Assembly (NCBI GenBank): GCA_045114235.1
Contig: JBGUKB010000140.1
Location: 1 to 57,659 of the forward strand
From: Victivallales bacterium
GTDB taxonomy: Bacteria > Verrucomicrobiota > Lentisphaeria > Victivallales > UBA1829
Length of the DNA stretch: 57,659 nucleotides
Reading direction: 5' to 3'
The translations under genes and the position numbers were made by a program. Numbering within the stretch: position 1 is the stretch's first letter; each line of letters opens with the position of its first letter. Of this stretch, positions 8,524 to 17,910 are shown piece by piece. The notes beneath the pieces are model-generated. The model searched no databases. It was not told where the DNA came from and saw only the letters and a list, made by a program, of their open reading frames with translations.

Positions 8524-10017
8524 ATGCCGAAGAAAAACCTGCTCCCGTCTTTCCTCGCCGCCTGCGCCCTCCTCGCGTCCGGTTCCGCCATGGCGCAGAC
8601 CGTGACGGACGTCCCGCTCCCCGACGTCGCGGTCAAAACGAAACCGGCGGCGACATCGGCACAAACCGCGGTTCAAAACGCCGCTTCCGAGGCAGCGAAA
8701 AAGGCCCCGACCGCCGAGGAGATCGCCGCAGAGCGCGCCCGTCTGGAACGCATGCGCTCCGCGCTGGCGGCGGAACGCGCCGCCCTGGAGCAGTACAAGG
8801 CCGACATCGTGAAACGCCAACAGGAAGCCGCCGAAGCCGCCGCAAAGGCGAAAGCCGAAGCGGAGGCAAAAGCAGCCGCCGAAGCGAAAGCGGCAGGTTC
8901 CGCCGCATCCATCCCGCCGCCCGCGCAGGACGATCCTGCCTCGGCAAAGAAACTATCCCCGGAAGAGCTGCAGCTGCAGCGCCAGCGGGCGATCGAACGC
9001 GCCAAGGCGATCGAAAAGGCGATCGCGACGCAGAAGGCCGCCGACGCGAAGAAGAAAGCCGCCGCGGCGGCGCAGACGACCACGCCGAAGGACAAGGATG
9101 TCGCGACCATGAAACTCCGCAGGATCACGCAGAACAAAGTCCGCTACGTGCATCTGCGCGATGTCGCCGTCAACTACGGCCTCACGTTCGCATTCACGAA
9201 AAACAAATCCAACAAGATCTCCGGCGCGACCATCTACGACAAGACGCGCAAGGCCACCTTCTCCTCCGCCTACCGCGACGGCACGGTCAACGGCGTCCAG
9301 GTCTATTTCCTCTACCCGATGCTCCTCAAAAACAACGAGCCGTACATCTCCGAGGTCGATTTCCTGACCTGTGTCGACCCGCTTCTCCGCTACAAGACCC
9401 CGGTCAAGCTCGGCATGAAGACCATTATGGTCGACGCCGGACACGGCGGCTCCGATCCGGGCGCGATCAACGGCTCCCACAAGGAGAAAGTCTACACGCT
9501 GCAGATCGCGAAACGCCTTCAGACCCAGCTCGAAAAACTCGGGTTCCGCGTGATCATGACGCGCACCGGGGACACCTACCCCACGCTTCAGGAACGCGCA
9601 GCCCTGTGCAAGAAGTACAAGCCGGACCTCTACATCTCCATCCACTGCAACTCCTCCACGAGCAAGACCGCCGCCGGGATCGAGACCTACCGCGCGGTTC
9701 CCGTCGGCGGCACCGAGACGAAGGGCTCCAAGGTCAAGACGGAAAAGCAGTCCGCGAACGAGTTCGACGCGAACAGCTCGCGCCTGGCGTACGAGGTCCA
9801 GAAGGGCATGCTCGCGGCGACCGGGGGGACCGACCGCGGCACGCGCCATCAGGCGATCTACGTGATCGGAAACGCCTCCTGCCCGGCGGTCCTGGTCGAA
9901 GTCGGCTATCTTTCCAACGACGCCGAAGTCAGGAAGATCGCCTCGCCGGAATACCAGAACAAGATCGTCTCCGGCATCCTCGCCGGGCTCGCCGGATACG
10001 GGTCCTTCCTCCGCTGA
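8524..10017 (+). CDS. N-acetylmuramoyl-L-alanine amidase (Amidase_3) with long Ala/Lys helical N-terminal extension
   Basis: VDAGHGG, KEK, SIHCN and LVEVGY Zn/catalytic motifs intact. Signal peptide; ATG at 8524. Confidence 0.93.
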   Translation: MPKKNLLPSFLAACALLASGSAMAQTVTDVPLPDVAVKTKPAATSAQTAVQNAASEAAKKAPTAEEIAAERARLERMRSALAAERAALEQYKADIVKRQQEAAEAAAKAKAEAEAKAAAEAKAAGSAASIPPPAQDDPASAKKLSPEELQLQRQRAIERAKAIEKAIATQKAADAKKKAAAAAQTTTPKDKDVATMKLRRITQNKVRYVHLRDVAVNYGLTFAFTKNKSNKISGATIYDKTRKATFSSAYRDGTVNGVQVYFLYPMLLKNNEPYISEVDFLTCVDPLLRYKTPVKLGMKTIMVDAGHGGSDPGAINGSHKEKVYTLQIAKRLQTQLEKLGFRVIMTRTGDTYPTLQERAALCKKYKPDLYISIHCNSSTSKTAAGIETYRAVPVGGTETKGSKVKTEKQSANEFDANSSRLAYEVQKGMLAATGGTDRGTRHQAIYVIGNASCPAVLVEVGYLSNDAEVRKIASPEYQNKIVSGILAGLAGYGSFLR

Positions 10018-10039
10018 TGGCCGGATTCCCGTTTCAGCC

Positions 10040-11407
10040 TCAGAACCCGAGCAGCTTGCCGATGCCGTTCAACAGGACGGACAGGAACCGGTCGAGTCCG
10101 CTCCCGAGGACTTCCTTTTCGTTCCGTCCGACCAGATTCTGCGTCAGGAATGTGCCGCCGCAGAGCTTGTAGTCGAGGAGGGAGGTCATGCCGCGGAAAT
10201 ACGCCCAGAACGTCTGCGTACGGCAGAGGGAATACGCCGCGCCCGGCACGTAGCCGACCAGCACGCCGTCTTCAATCTTGTGAACCGCGGAAGAGCCAGG
10301 CTCGATCCGCTGGACGTCGATGCCGCGCCCCCCGATGATGAAGATCGTGCCCGTGCCGAAAAACACGATATGGCGCAGTCGCATGGAAATGAGGTTGTGA
10401 AGCTTGAAGCTCCAGACCGTGCGCACCTCCACGTCGTCGGTCAGGCCGATCACATGGCGCGGCGTCAGGACCAGCCCCGGGCCGCCGTTGAGCTCGATCT
10501 GCTGGATGTAGACCTCGTCGTCCCTCGGGGACGTCAGCTTGATCTGGCCGGGGTTCTTCGCGCCCGGTTCGTTGCGGTAGGCGAGCAGCTCCACCAGGTC
10601 GGACGCGATGGACACGAGCGGAGCGCCCCAGCGCCACATGAACTTGGTCCGGCACGCCACGTCGCGGCGCTCCTTGCCCCAGTCGCCGCCCTGCGCCCGA
10701 AGATAGAACTTCCGTCCCTCGGGGATCGTGAACGTGATGCTTCGGGCGGCGCGGTGAAAAACGGGTTCGTGCGCGCCGTCGCCGTCCTTGACCTTGATGC
10801 GGATCGGCGGGAACTTTTCAATCAGCGCGGCTACGCCGTAGTACATGAACACGAGCCACAGGGGCGGCGTGAACAGCACGAAGCAGATGGTGAAGAGCAG
10901 GATGCGGAGGCCGTTCGTGTTCCACTCGTTCGACACGGATTCCGTGAGGGACTGCGTTACGCTTTCGAGCTGGAACATCAGCAGCTGGCGGTTCTTGTCG
11001 AGCTGACTCAGAGTGTCCTTGTAACGCGCGATCGTAGATTCCAGCGTCTCTATCTGAAGCTCCAGGCGCTTCTGTTCGGCGGTAAGACGCGCATATTCGG
11101 TCCAGTGGTCGATCGGATGCCGCCACGCGTTCGGCAGGGCGTCGATCTTTTCCAGACACTCCCGCCGCTGCCTGCGCCAGTGATCGAGCATGGAGAGCCG
11201 GCTTTCGAGCGATTCCTTCGTCTTCGCGATCTCATCCTCGACCGACTGGATCCCGGCGAGGAGCGCATCGCGCTGTTCCGACAGTTTCAGCGCATTGTCC
11301 TTCGCGACCCGGATCCCGGGCGACAGCAGGCACAGGATCACGGTGATCGCGGCGATCGTGAGGATGTTCCGCAGAATCCATGCGATGATTTTTCCGATGA
11401 GGGACAT
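10040..11407 (-). CDS. Membrane protein: TM, coiled coil, TM, AIM24/TRAP-like beta domain
   Basis: Hydrophobic N-terminus, heptad-rich region, second TM, C-terminal IVFFGTGTIFIIGGRG-type strands. Confidence 0.6.
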   Translation of the reverse strand: MSLIGKIIAWILRNILTIAAITVILCLLSPGIRVAKDNALKLSEQRDALLAGIQSVEDEIAKTKESLESRLSMLDHWRRQRRECLEKIDALPNAWRHPIDHWTEYARLTAEQKRLELQIETLESTIARYKDTLSQLDKNRQLLMFQLESVTQSLTESVSNEWNTNGLRILLFTICFVLFTPPLWLVFMYYGVAALIEKFPPIRIKVKDGDGAHEPVFHRAARSITFTIPEGRKFYLRAQGGDWGKERRDVACRTKFMWRWGAPLVSIASDLVELLAYRNEPGAKNPGQIKLTSPRDDEVYIQQIELNGGPGLVLTPRHVIGLTDDVEVRTVWSFKLHNLISMRLRHIVFFGTGTIFIIGGRGIDVQRIEPGSSAVHKIEDGVLVGYVPGAAYSLCRTQTFWAYFRGMTSLLDYKLCGGTFLTQNLVGRNEKEVLGSGLDRFLSVLLNGIGKLLGF

Positions 11408-11505
11408 GGTTAACGCGCGAGGAGAAAGATGAATCGGCCTCTAATCTGAAAAAACACAATCACCTTAGTCTGAAACCGTGCGTGCCATGCTCCTGCTGTC
11501 CTTCC

Positions 11506-12609
11506 TTACAAGTCACCGTATATTTCCCGAAATCTCGGAATGAAACCTTCGTGATGAACGACCTGAAGCATCTCAATATCCCAATCCTGATTGCCTTCCA
11601 CTAAAAATGGTCCTTCAGACGTTACGGCAACATCCCAACCGACCGTCTGTAATCTCGGGAAAAGCTTATGGGCATTCAGGGCAAGGGCAACGGCTTCCTG
11701 ATAGAAAGGAATCTCCCTGCCGTAAAAAAGCAGTTGCGTATCCGGATGACGCTCCAGTTTGGAGTAGTTCAGACTCTTGTCATGGGTATAACCATACCGT
11801 TTCAAATGCCCTTTTTCGTCAATTCCGACACCAATGCCGCCCTGCGCGAAGTTGTCCACGACAGCATGGCTTCGACCGATACGGAGCATGCCGGGATTCC
11901 AAAGTTCATACTTTCCGTCTTTCGTTCGGCAGGTCACGATCCGCAGGGTGTTTAAGGTTGTGGGATTCAGCGCCTTGATATCCGCATGGTTCTCAATCAC
12001 AGGCTGAAAAATATAATCCTGCGACTGGCCTATGAAGTCGTTCAGTTCCGCAGGCTGGTCACCGGAAAAGAAATGTCCATCTTTTGACGAAAGAACGCAG
12101 CAGGATTTCCCGCACAAGCCATTTGCCGGTTTGATAAAGATGCGGTCCATCGACGCCAGCGGCTTGTCCTTTGGCGTAAAGTCGTAAAGCTTTCCCCCGA
12201 CGGTATGGGCGAGGATTGGAACAACGGAAATCTGATGCCGTTCAAGAAGACTCCAGAAACAATATTTGTCCGTTAAAAGATGCACGGGGGAATCGCCGTC
12301 AAACAGAATTTTATCATATACAGTCGCGTTCCTCAGGCCAATTGCACTCAATTTCCGGTATAAAAAACTGATCCAGCGGTAATTACTGATATAATTATCC
12401 AGACGCGCCCCCTTGATATCAAGCCCGAAAGCATCATATGCAGCACACGGGGCGCCATCACGGATATAGATATACAGGTTGTCCAGATATCTGTGGAAAG
12501 CCGATTTTCTGGGAAACTCCGGATAGGTGGAAGAATGATGTATAATCATGGGGAGAGTATGCCCCATGTGCCAACGCAAGAAACGCACAAAAAAACGAAA
12601 GGAATTCAT
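11506..12609 (-). CDS. Sugar-transfer-associated ATP-grasp protein
   Basis: DKY, FIKPANGLCGK, IFQPVIENH, TLNTLRIVT, VDNFAQGG, VGWDVAV, LVEGN. GGAG RBS; AT-rich. Confidence 0.9.
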   Translation of the reverse strand: MNSFRFFVRFLRWHMGHTLPMIIHHSSTYPEFPRKSAFHRYLDNLYIYIRDGAPCAAYDAFGLDIKGARLDNYISNYRWISFLYRKLSAIGLRNATVYDKILFDGDSPVHLLTDKYCFWSLLERHQISVVPILAHTVGGKLYDFTPKDKPLASMDRIFIKPANGLCGKSCCVLSSKDGHFFSGDQPAELNDFIGQSQDYIFQPVIENHADIKALNPTTLNTLRIVTCRTKDGKYELWNPGMLRIGRSHAVVDNFAQGGIGVGIDEKGHLKRYGYTHDKSLNYSKLERHPDTQLLFYGREIPFYQEAVALALNAHKLFPRLQTVGWDVAVTSEGPFLVEGNQDWDIEMLQVVHHEGFIPRFREIYGDL

Positions 12610-12661
12610 TTATAAAACTCCATATTAAATAAAAAGGCGCTTAGTGTAGTTTATTCGGTTA

Positions 12662-12689
12662 AATATAGCTCTTTTTTCGTTTTTGTCAA
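12662..12689 (-). promoter_or_regulatory. Sigma70-type promoter for the ATP-grasp gene
   Basis: TTGACA-16nt-TATATT on minus strand. Confidence 0.65.
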
Positions 12690-12731
12690 ATAAAAAACCT
12701 CTTTTTCTACTGCCTTTCCATTGAGAAAGGT

Positions 12732-13943
12732 TCACGCTGACATCTTATTCTTCAGCGTCTGCTTCAGAAGAGATTCCACCCGTTTCAAATCCGCCAGCAG
12801 GCCGGCACGGACGGACGCGGCGTGCTGTTTGAATTCATCCTGATGCGCCAGAGCCCATTCCACGGATCCGGTCAGGCGCGGCAGATCAAGGGCATCAGTG
12901 GTCCCGGCTGTAGAGAGGCCGAACCGGGAGAGGAAATATTCGATCTTGCTGCCGCGGGCGATGCCGACGCCGGGAACCAGGTTGTTCAGCCCCAGGATCA
13001 ACAGATGCAGGCGGCTGCTGACGATAACGGAGCACTCCGCGGCGACGGCCTGGACCTCTTCCGGTTCGAGAAAACGGAGCGACAGGATGCGGTCGGGATG
13101 CTTCGAGTGCTGTTTCATCTCCTCCATGACGCGGAAATCATTTTTCGGGTTCATCGGAATCGTAACAACGAGCAGTCCGGGGTGCGTTTCGATCATATCG
13201 TCGAGCCAGCCGGTGAACTTGTCGAACTCGCGAATACGGTTCTGCTCCGACACGCAGACAGCCATGCGGACAGGAGCGGACCGGAAAAGCCCGCGTTCGG
13301 GTTCGCTCCACGGAAGCGCCTCAGGCGCGCACTGTTTCTGCAGGATGGCCGTATCGGCTCCGGCGACGGCATCCGGGAACGGCGCACACAGGCGGAGCAC
13401 TTCCAGTGATTTCGGGTCGCGCAGGACGACCAGATCGCACCGCCCGAGCGTACGTGCCAGTCTCTGCCGGATCGCCCCGATGCGCCGTTCGATCCATTTT
13501 TTTTCAAAATCGAAACCGCAACACTTTTTTACTGTATCCGCGACTCTCTTCTTTTGCCCGTGAAGCGTGAAGAATGCCGGATTGAACACGTCGTTCATCC
13601 CGACGTTCCAGACGATCGTCCGGACGCCTTTCGCCTGTGCCGTTTCCAGCAGGGTACAGGCCATTTCAGGGTAGTCGGACAGCCCGGTCGCCCCTGCCCA
13701 GATGTAGCAGTCGACACCATCCAGCACCTCGCCCAAACGCTCCGCAGGCATCGCGGGATCAAATCCGTACAATGGAACGGTCTTCAGTCCGAATTTGCGT
13801 TCCGTCCCGGCACGGTCGCCCGTGCTCACGACAAGCTCCGCGTCAGGGAAAATCCCACGCACAAGCCCGATCACTGATGCCAGGATCGACTCGTCGCCGA
13901 TATTGTCGCACCCGAACGGGACACCGCCCAGTAATAGTTTCAT
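12732..13943 (-). CDS. Polysaccharide pyruvyl transferase family protein (CsaB/WcaK-like)
   Basis: FGCDNIGDESIL, LRDPKS, ADTA, SSRLH motifs. Confidence 0.85.
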   Translation of the reverse strand: MKLLLGGVPFGCDNIGDESILASVIGLVRGIFPDAELVVSTGDRAGTERKFGLKTVPLYGFDPAMPAERLGEVLDGVDCYIWAGATGLSDYPEMACTLLETAQAKGVRTIVWNVGMNDVFNPAFFTLHGQKKRVADTVKKCCGFDFEKKWIERRIGAIRQRLARTLGRCDLVVLRDPKSLEVLRLCAPFPDAVAGADTAILQKQCAPEALPWSEPERGLFRSAPVRMAVCVSEQNRIREFDKFTGWLDDMIETHPGLLVVTIPMNPKNDFRVMEEMKQHSKHPDRILSLRFLEPEEVQAVAAECSVIVSSRLHLLILGLNNLVPGVGIARGSKIEYFLSRFGLSTAGTTDALDLPRLTGSVEWALAHQDEFKQHAASVRAGLLADLKRVESLLKQTLKNKMSA

Positions 13944-13989
13944 TATGAAGGCCCCAATTCGATAGAGTCAACGATTCAAAAATGGCATT

Positions 13990-15321
13990 TTATCCGCGCC
14001 GGAGAACGGAACGAAGGAACGCATAAAGCTTTGTTTCCGTAAAATGCATATAAAGCCTCGTGCCGAGAGATGTCCTGGACACAAGGTCGTAGCCCCTGCT
14101 TTTTGCAAGGTCGTAGATGTCCTGCAGGAACGGATCCAGCTTCCGGTTGTTCAAAACAACGGCGATATACCGCGAACGATTCCGCGCGGTAAATTTCGTA
14201 AGGTCGAAAACATCGGAAAACTGGTCGAGTACGCCGAGAATGTCCAGAGCAAGCATAGTCCTTAGACATTTGTAGCAGACCGAGCAGTTTTTCGCGACAG
14301 TCTCATGCCCGTTGCAAACGTTCAGGTATTTCTTCACAAGCGGGTCGGAGCAGATTTCCACGGTTTTCTGCGCTCTGGAACAACGGGATCCCTCGGGAGA
14401 CGCGGTAAAGGACTCCGTACAAATCTGAGGCAGAACAAAGTCGTCGATCTTCGCAATATCGTAGTCCCGTTCAACAGAGCTGCCCGGATATATTTTTTCA
14501 TGATAGCGGAATCCGATCGATCCGTAATAATACAGCCGCATCTTCTTTCCGAGGAACAAAGCGGCGGAACACGACGCCAGGGAGGAAGTCTGGAGGTGTC
14601 CGGTTTGGACAAAGGAAAAGACATTGGAATCTACGGAAACGAACGGCAACCCCAGTTGTTGCGGATAGTCGCTCAAAGCTTTCCGGCGCTCCCTGAATTT
14701 GTTTTCGACCCAGTTCAAACGCTCTTTGCCGCTTCCCATGCCGTGGCTTCCCACATTAAAGAACAGAATGGTATTGAGCTTCTCCGATGCCGGGCCGTCA
14801 TAATTGAGGTAATAATCCCGGATTGTGTGAAAACTGTCTATTCCGCCGGAAAAACCGGTGCCGACTGCATTCGCTTCCGGATACCCCCGGGAAAGGAGTT
14901 GAGCGGCCTGGATCCTGATCGGGTGAACCTGCCCTTCAAAAAAGTCGACCAGGATCGGAATCAGAAACTGCTTCACATGAAACAGGAGCCTCTCGGATAC
15001 GGCACCTTCGAGAATGAGATCGCGCCCCGCATACATTGCCGTATAAAGAAGCCCTATCAAAAAGCAATTGCTGGAAACATCGTCCACATAATCGCGGTTT
15101 GCCAGTTCCGTTGAATAAAAGCATGTCCCGGACACCGCACCCGAAACCTCCGCGGAAAGAACGATCATTCCATTCTCTTCCTTCAGAACGGGCCTGGAGA
15201 CGGTAATGCTTTTCACGGAAGAGGAAAAAACGACCTCTTTCTCCGGAGCAGACATGCGGACCGAAACATCCGGGCTCATATCCGCTTCGTTTTCCATCAG
15301 ATTGCGATTGTTTGTTTGCAT
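13990..15321 (-). CDS. Polysaccharide-locus protein with PP-loop and CxxCxKC motifs
   Basis: GFSGGIDS and NCSVCYKCLRT motifs. Confidence 0.7.
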   Translation of the reverse strand: MQTNNRNLMENEADMSPDVSVRMSAPEKEVVFSSSVKSITVSRPVLKEENGMIVLSAEVSGAVSGTCFYSTELANRDYVDDVSSNCFLIGLLYTAMYAGRDLILEGAVSERLLFHVKQFLIPILVDFFEGQVHPIRIQAAQLLSRGYPEANAVGTGFSGGIDSFHTIRDYYLNYDGPASEKLNTILFFNVGSHGMGSGKERLNWVENKFRERRKALSDYPQQLGLPFVSVDSNVFSFVQTGHLQTSSLASCSAALFLGKKMRLYYYGSIGFRYHEKIYPGSSVERDYDIAKIDDFVLPQICTESFTASPEGSRCSRAQKTVEICSDPLVKKYLNVCNGHETVAKNCSVCYKCLRTMLALDILGVLDQFSDVFDLTKFTARNRSRYIAVVLNNRKLDPFLQDIYDLAKSRGYDLVSRTSLGTRLYMHFTETKLYAFLRSVLRRG

Positions 15322-15333
15322 ACAAATAAAACC

Positions 15334-16824
15334 TTATTGTTGGGGTAATGGTTCCGGTTCAATCCGTGTGGAATCCCTGAAATCCTTCAACTGACCGCCA
15401 TCGGCGTCTCCTGCCGTCTCGGGTGCAGGGAAAGATAATTGCGGACGAAACAGGCGTTTTTTTCTGCGTGAAACTCTCTTTTCCTCCTGCTGCCTTTTAT
15501 ATGCGGCCCGGATATCTTTGCGATGAACCGCTATCACGCCGATCAGAGCATAAAGGATCATTTGCATGGCAAAATTGTTGTACTGTTTCAAGCTCCATTC
15601 CAAAGTCGAATGCCAGTAATTGCAGGTCAAACCGCCGAAAAGACCTATCACAAAGCCGGAACAAGGCTTTTTTCTTAGGGCGATCACACTTATAATAACC
15701 GAGAAATAATAATAAAAGAACCATAGGAGCAAAGTGCCAAGCCCCCACCATCCGCACTCGGCCGCGACCAGCAAATAAATGGTTTCGACAATTGCGCCAA
15801 TATCTTGTTTTTTGCTTTTAAGAAGTTCTGTAGTTTGTTCCGGAACGCGTCGGGTAGCCGGTCCGGAGTATCGTGAAAAATGGTTTGCACCAACGCCCAG
15901 CCTATATTCATCTGCTATGATTTTGGCTCCGATAGCAAGTTCGATTCTTGTATTTTTGGATTGTTCCGGCGCTTTCGTAAAGCGTTGGATAATACGAGGC
16001 AGAGCATATCCTGTAACACTCAACATAACGATCATGCCGAGCAACATAAGGATCAAGCGCCTAAAGGAAAACCCATTGACTAATATCGAAAGCGCACAGA
16101 CAATGGCAATCCCTCCGAAATAAACGACAAGACCGCCTCGGGAATAGGTAAAAATGATTAACAGGACAGACCCGCCAAACGCAATCATTGTCAGCAACAA
16201 AAGGATCTTGCTCATCCGCTCATTCATCAAGATGCCGAGTACAAGCAAGCCGGCAAGCTCCACATACAGCGCAAGCGAATTCTGATGCGGAAACGTTGAA
16301 CGGATCTGGTATCTTCCCAGCCTGTATTTCTGATTGAGCCCCACAAGGAACATAACGATCAGGATGAAGCAGATCAGATAAACGAAAAACGTCAAATCCT
16401 TACAGTTGTTCAGATAATTAAAAGCGGCCAGAAAAGTAACATACATCCAGAACATTTTGTAGATTTCAAACCCCCACGGGTGCATTTGAGCCGCGTTGAT
16501 ACCGGACACTATGTTTGCGAGCCAGTACAAAAAATAGAAAAAAGTGCCCGGGGGAAAGAATCTCACCTTATACTGGAGACTGAAACACATGCTTAACAGG
16601 AGCGGAACGGCAAAGAAAGACACCGCGGTAAACGCGTAACCGCGAGCCGTGCCAATCCTTTTGGGCATGGGCAGGATATTGAGCGAGTATTCATTGGAAG
16701 TAAAATAAAGCATCCCGGCGAAGCAGAGATGCTGTAAAAAAGGAAACAGGCAACACAGCACCGTCATAATCGGCAGTGCATATAGGAAGATAAAAAGTAA
16801 TGCGACAATTTTGACGAGAGACAT
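15334..16824 (-). CDS. O-antigen ligase / Wzy polymerase family membrane protein
   Basis: About 12 TMs; STFPHQNSLA, TYSRGG, LGVGANHF, YLLVAAECGWWG. Confidence 0.85.
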   Translation of the reverse strand: MSLVKIVALLFIFLYALPIMTVLCCLFPFLQHLCFAGMLYFTSNEYSLNILPMPKRIGTARGYAFTAVSFFAVPLLLSMCFSLQYKVRFFPPGTFFYFLYWLANIVSGINAAQMHPWGFEIYKMFWMYVTFLAAFNYLNNCKDLTFFVYLICFILIVMFLVGLNQKYRLGRYQIRSTFPHQNSLALYVELAGLLVLGILMNERMSKILLLLTMIAFGGSVLLIIFTYSRGGLVVYFGGIAIVCALSILVNGFSFRRLILMLLGMIVMLSVTGYALPRIIQRFTKAPEQSKNTRIELAIGAKIIADEYRLGVGANHFSRYSGPATRRVPEQTTELLKSKKQDIGAIVETIYLLVAAECGWWGLGTLLLWFFYYYFSVIISVIALRKKPCSGFVIGLFGGLTCNYWHSTLEWSLKQYNNFAMQMILYALIGVIAVHRKDIRAAYKRQQEEKRVSRRKKRLFRPQLSFPAPETAGDADGGQLKDFRDSTRIEPEPLPQQ

Positions 16825-16839
16825 ATGCCCGCACTTGAA

Positions 16840-17910
16840 TTATTTGGAGCCGGTGCTGAAGCCGAAATAACCGAAGATGTTCGAACCGAAAGGACCGGCA
16901 AGCAGATTGATGAGCTGAATCGTCGGCAGAATATCCTTAATGATGTTGTTCCAAACTGTAATGTTGTTTTGCGGGACATAAATGATGTCATTGGCGTTCA
17001 GGCTGAAGTCCTTCATCTTCCCGTTCAGAATCTTGTCAACATCAACAGTATAGACCACGGTGTTCTCCGTGCCGCCGCGGATGACCCGGACATACCGGTT
17101 GTAGGTCCCCATCTTCAGGCCATTCACATACGACAACCCCTGCAGAAGCGTCATCCCCTCCGAAAAACCGACATAGGTATTGCTTCCGACTTCGCCGAGG
17201 AAGATAATGTAGCCGGACATCGTGGAAGGAATATAGATATAATCTCCGTTCAGGATGGGGATATTGTGCAGGTCGTCCCCCTCATAAACAAGCTTTCTGA
17301 AATCTACCGGCAAAACTCTGCCGTCCCGTTTGATATAGGCGTTGTCCAAGTCTGCCAGCTCAACGGTGTCACCATGAAATTGTCCCGTCTGGAACCCGCC
17401 GGAAAGGGCGATCGCATCCAGAAGGCGGGTTTGACCAATGGATACCGTATAATTGCCGGGCTTTATAACACGACCCGCTATCGTAAAATAATAACCGCTC
17501 ACAGACAGAGGCGCCAGCGTAACGATAGGGGACTTCAAATAAAGGGCAAGCTTTCGCTCGATCATGTCCGTGGCATCTTCCAGATTCATTCCTGCAAGCT
17601 TCAGGATCCCGACCAGCGGAAGACTGGCCGTTCCGTCAGGTGCGATCAATACATTTGAAGTAAGCGAAGGCTGGTTATAAACGGATATTTGGAATGTGTC
17701 GCCCGGATGGATCACATACGGAGAGGGATTGATCACCTGCAGAGCTTTCAAATCCTCCTGAATGGTCACAGTGTCTTCCTTCTCTTTCGGAGGCACCGAA
17801 GTCATCCCGGGAATGGCTATGCCTCCGAACGGCGTATTGTTGCATGCTGTTACGACAAGGGAAAGGAATAACAGGAGAGGAAACAGAATCCGATGCGTTT
17901 CGAGAATCAT
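16840..17910 (-). CDS. Polysaccharide export lipoprotein (Wza family, Poly_export + SLBB)
   Basis: Lipobox VTAC; YVIHPGD, PDGTASLPLVG, DAIALSGG, GDYIYIP, NDIIYVP. Confidence 0.92.
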   Translation of the reverse strand: MILETHRILFPLLLFLSLVVTACNNTPFGGIAIPGMTSVPPKEKEDTVTIQEDLKALQVINPSPYVIHPGDTFQISVYNQPSLTSNVLIAPDGTASLPLVGILKLAGMNLEDATDMIERKLALYLKSPIVTLAPLSVSGYYFTIAGRVIKPGNYTVSIGQTRLLDAIALSGGFQTGQFHGDTVELADLDNAYIKRDGRVLPVDFRKLVYEGDDLHNIPILNGDYIYIPSTMSGYIIFLGEVGSNTYVGFSEGMTLLQGLSYVNGLKMGTYNRYVRVIRGGTENTVVYTVDVDKILNGKMKDFSLNANDIIYVPQNNITVWNNIIKDILPTIQLINLLAGPFGSNIFGYFGFSTGSK

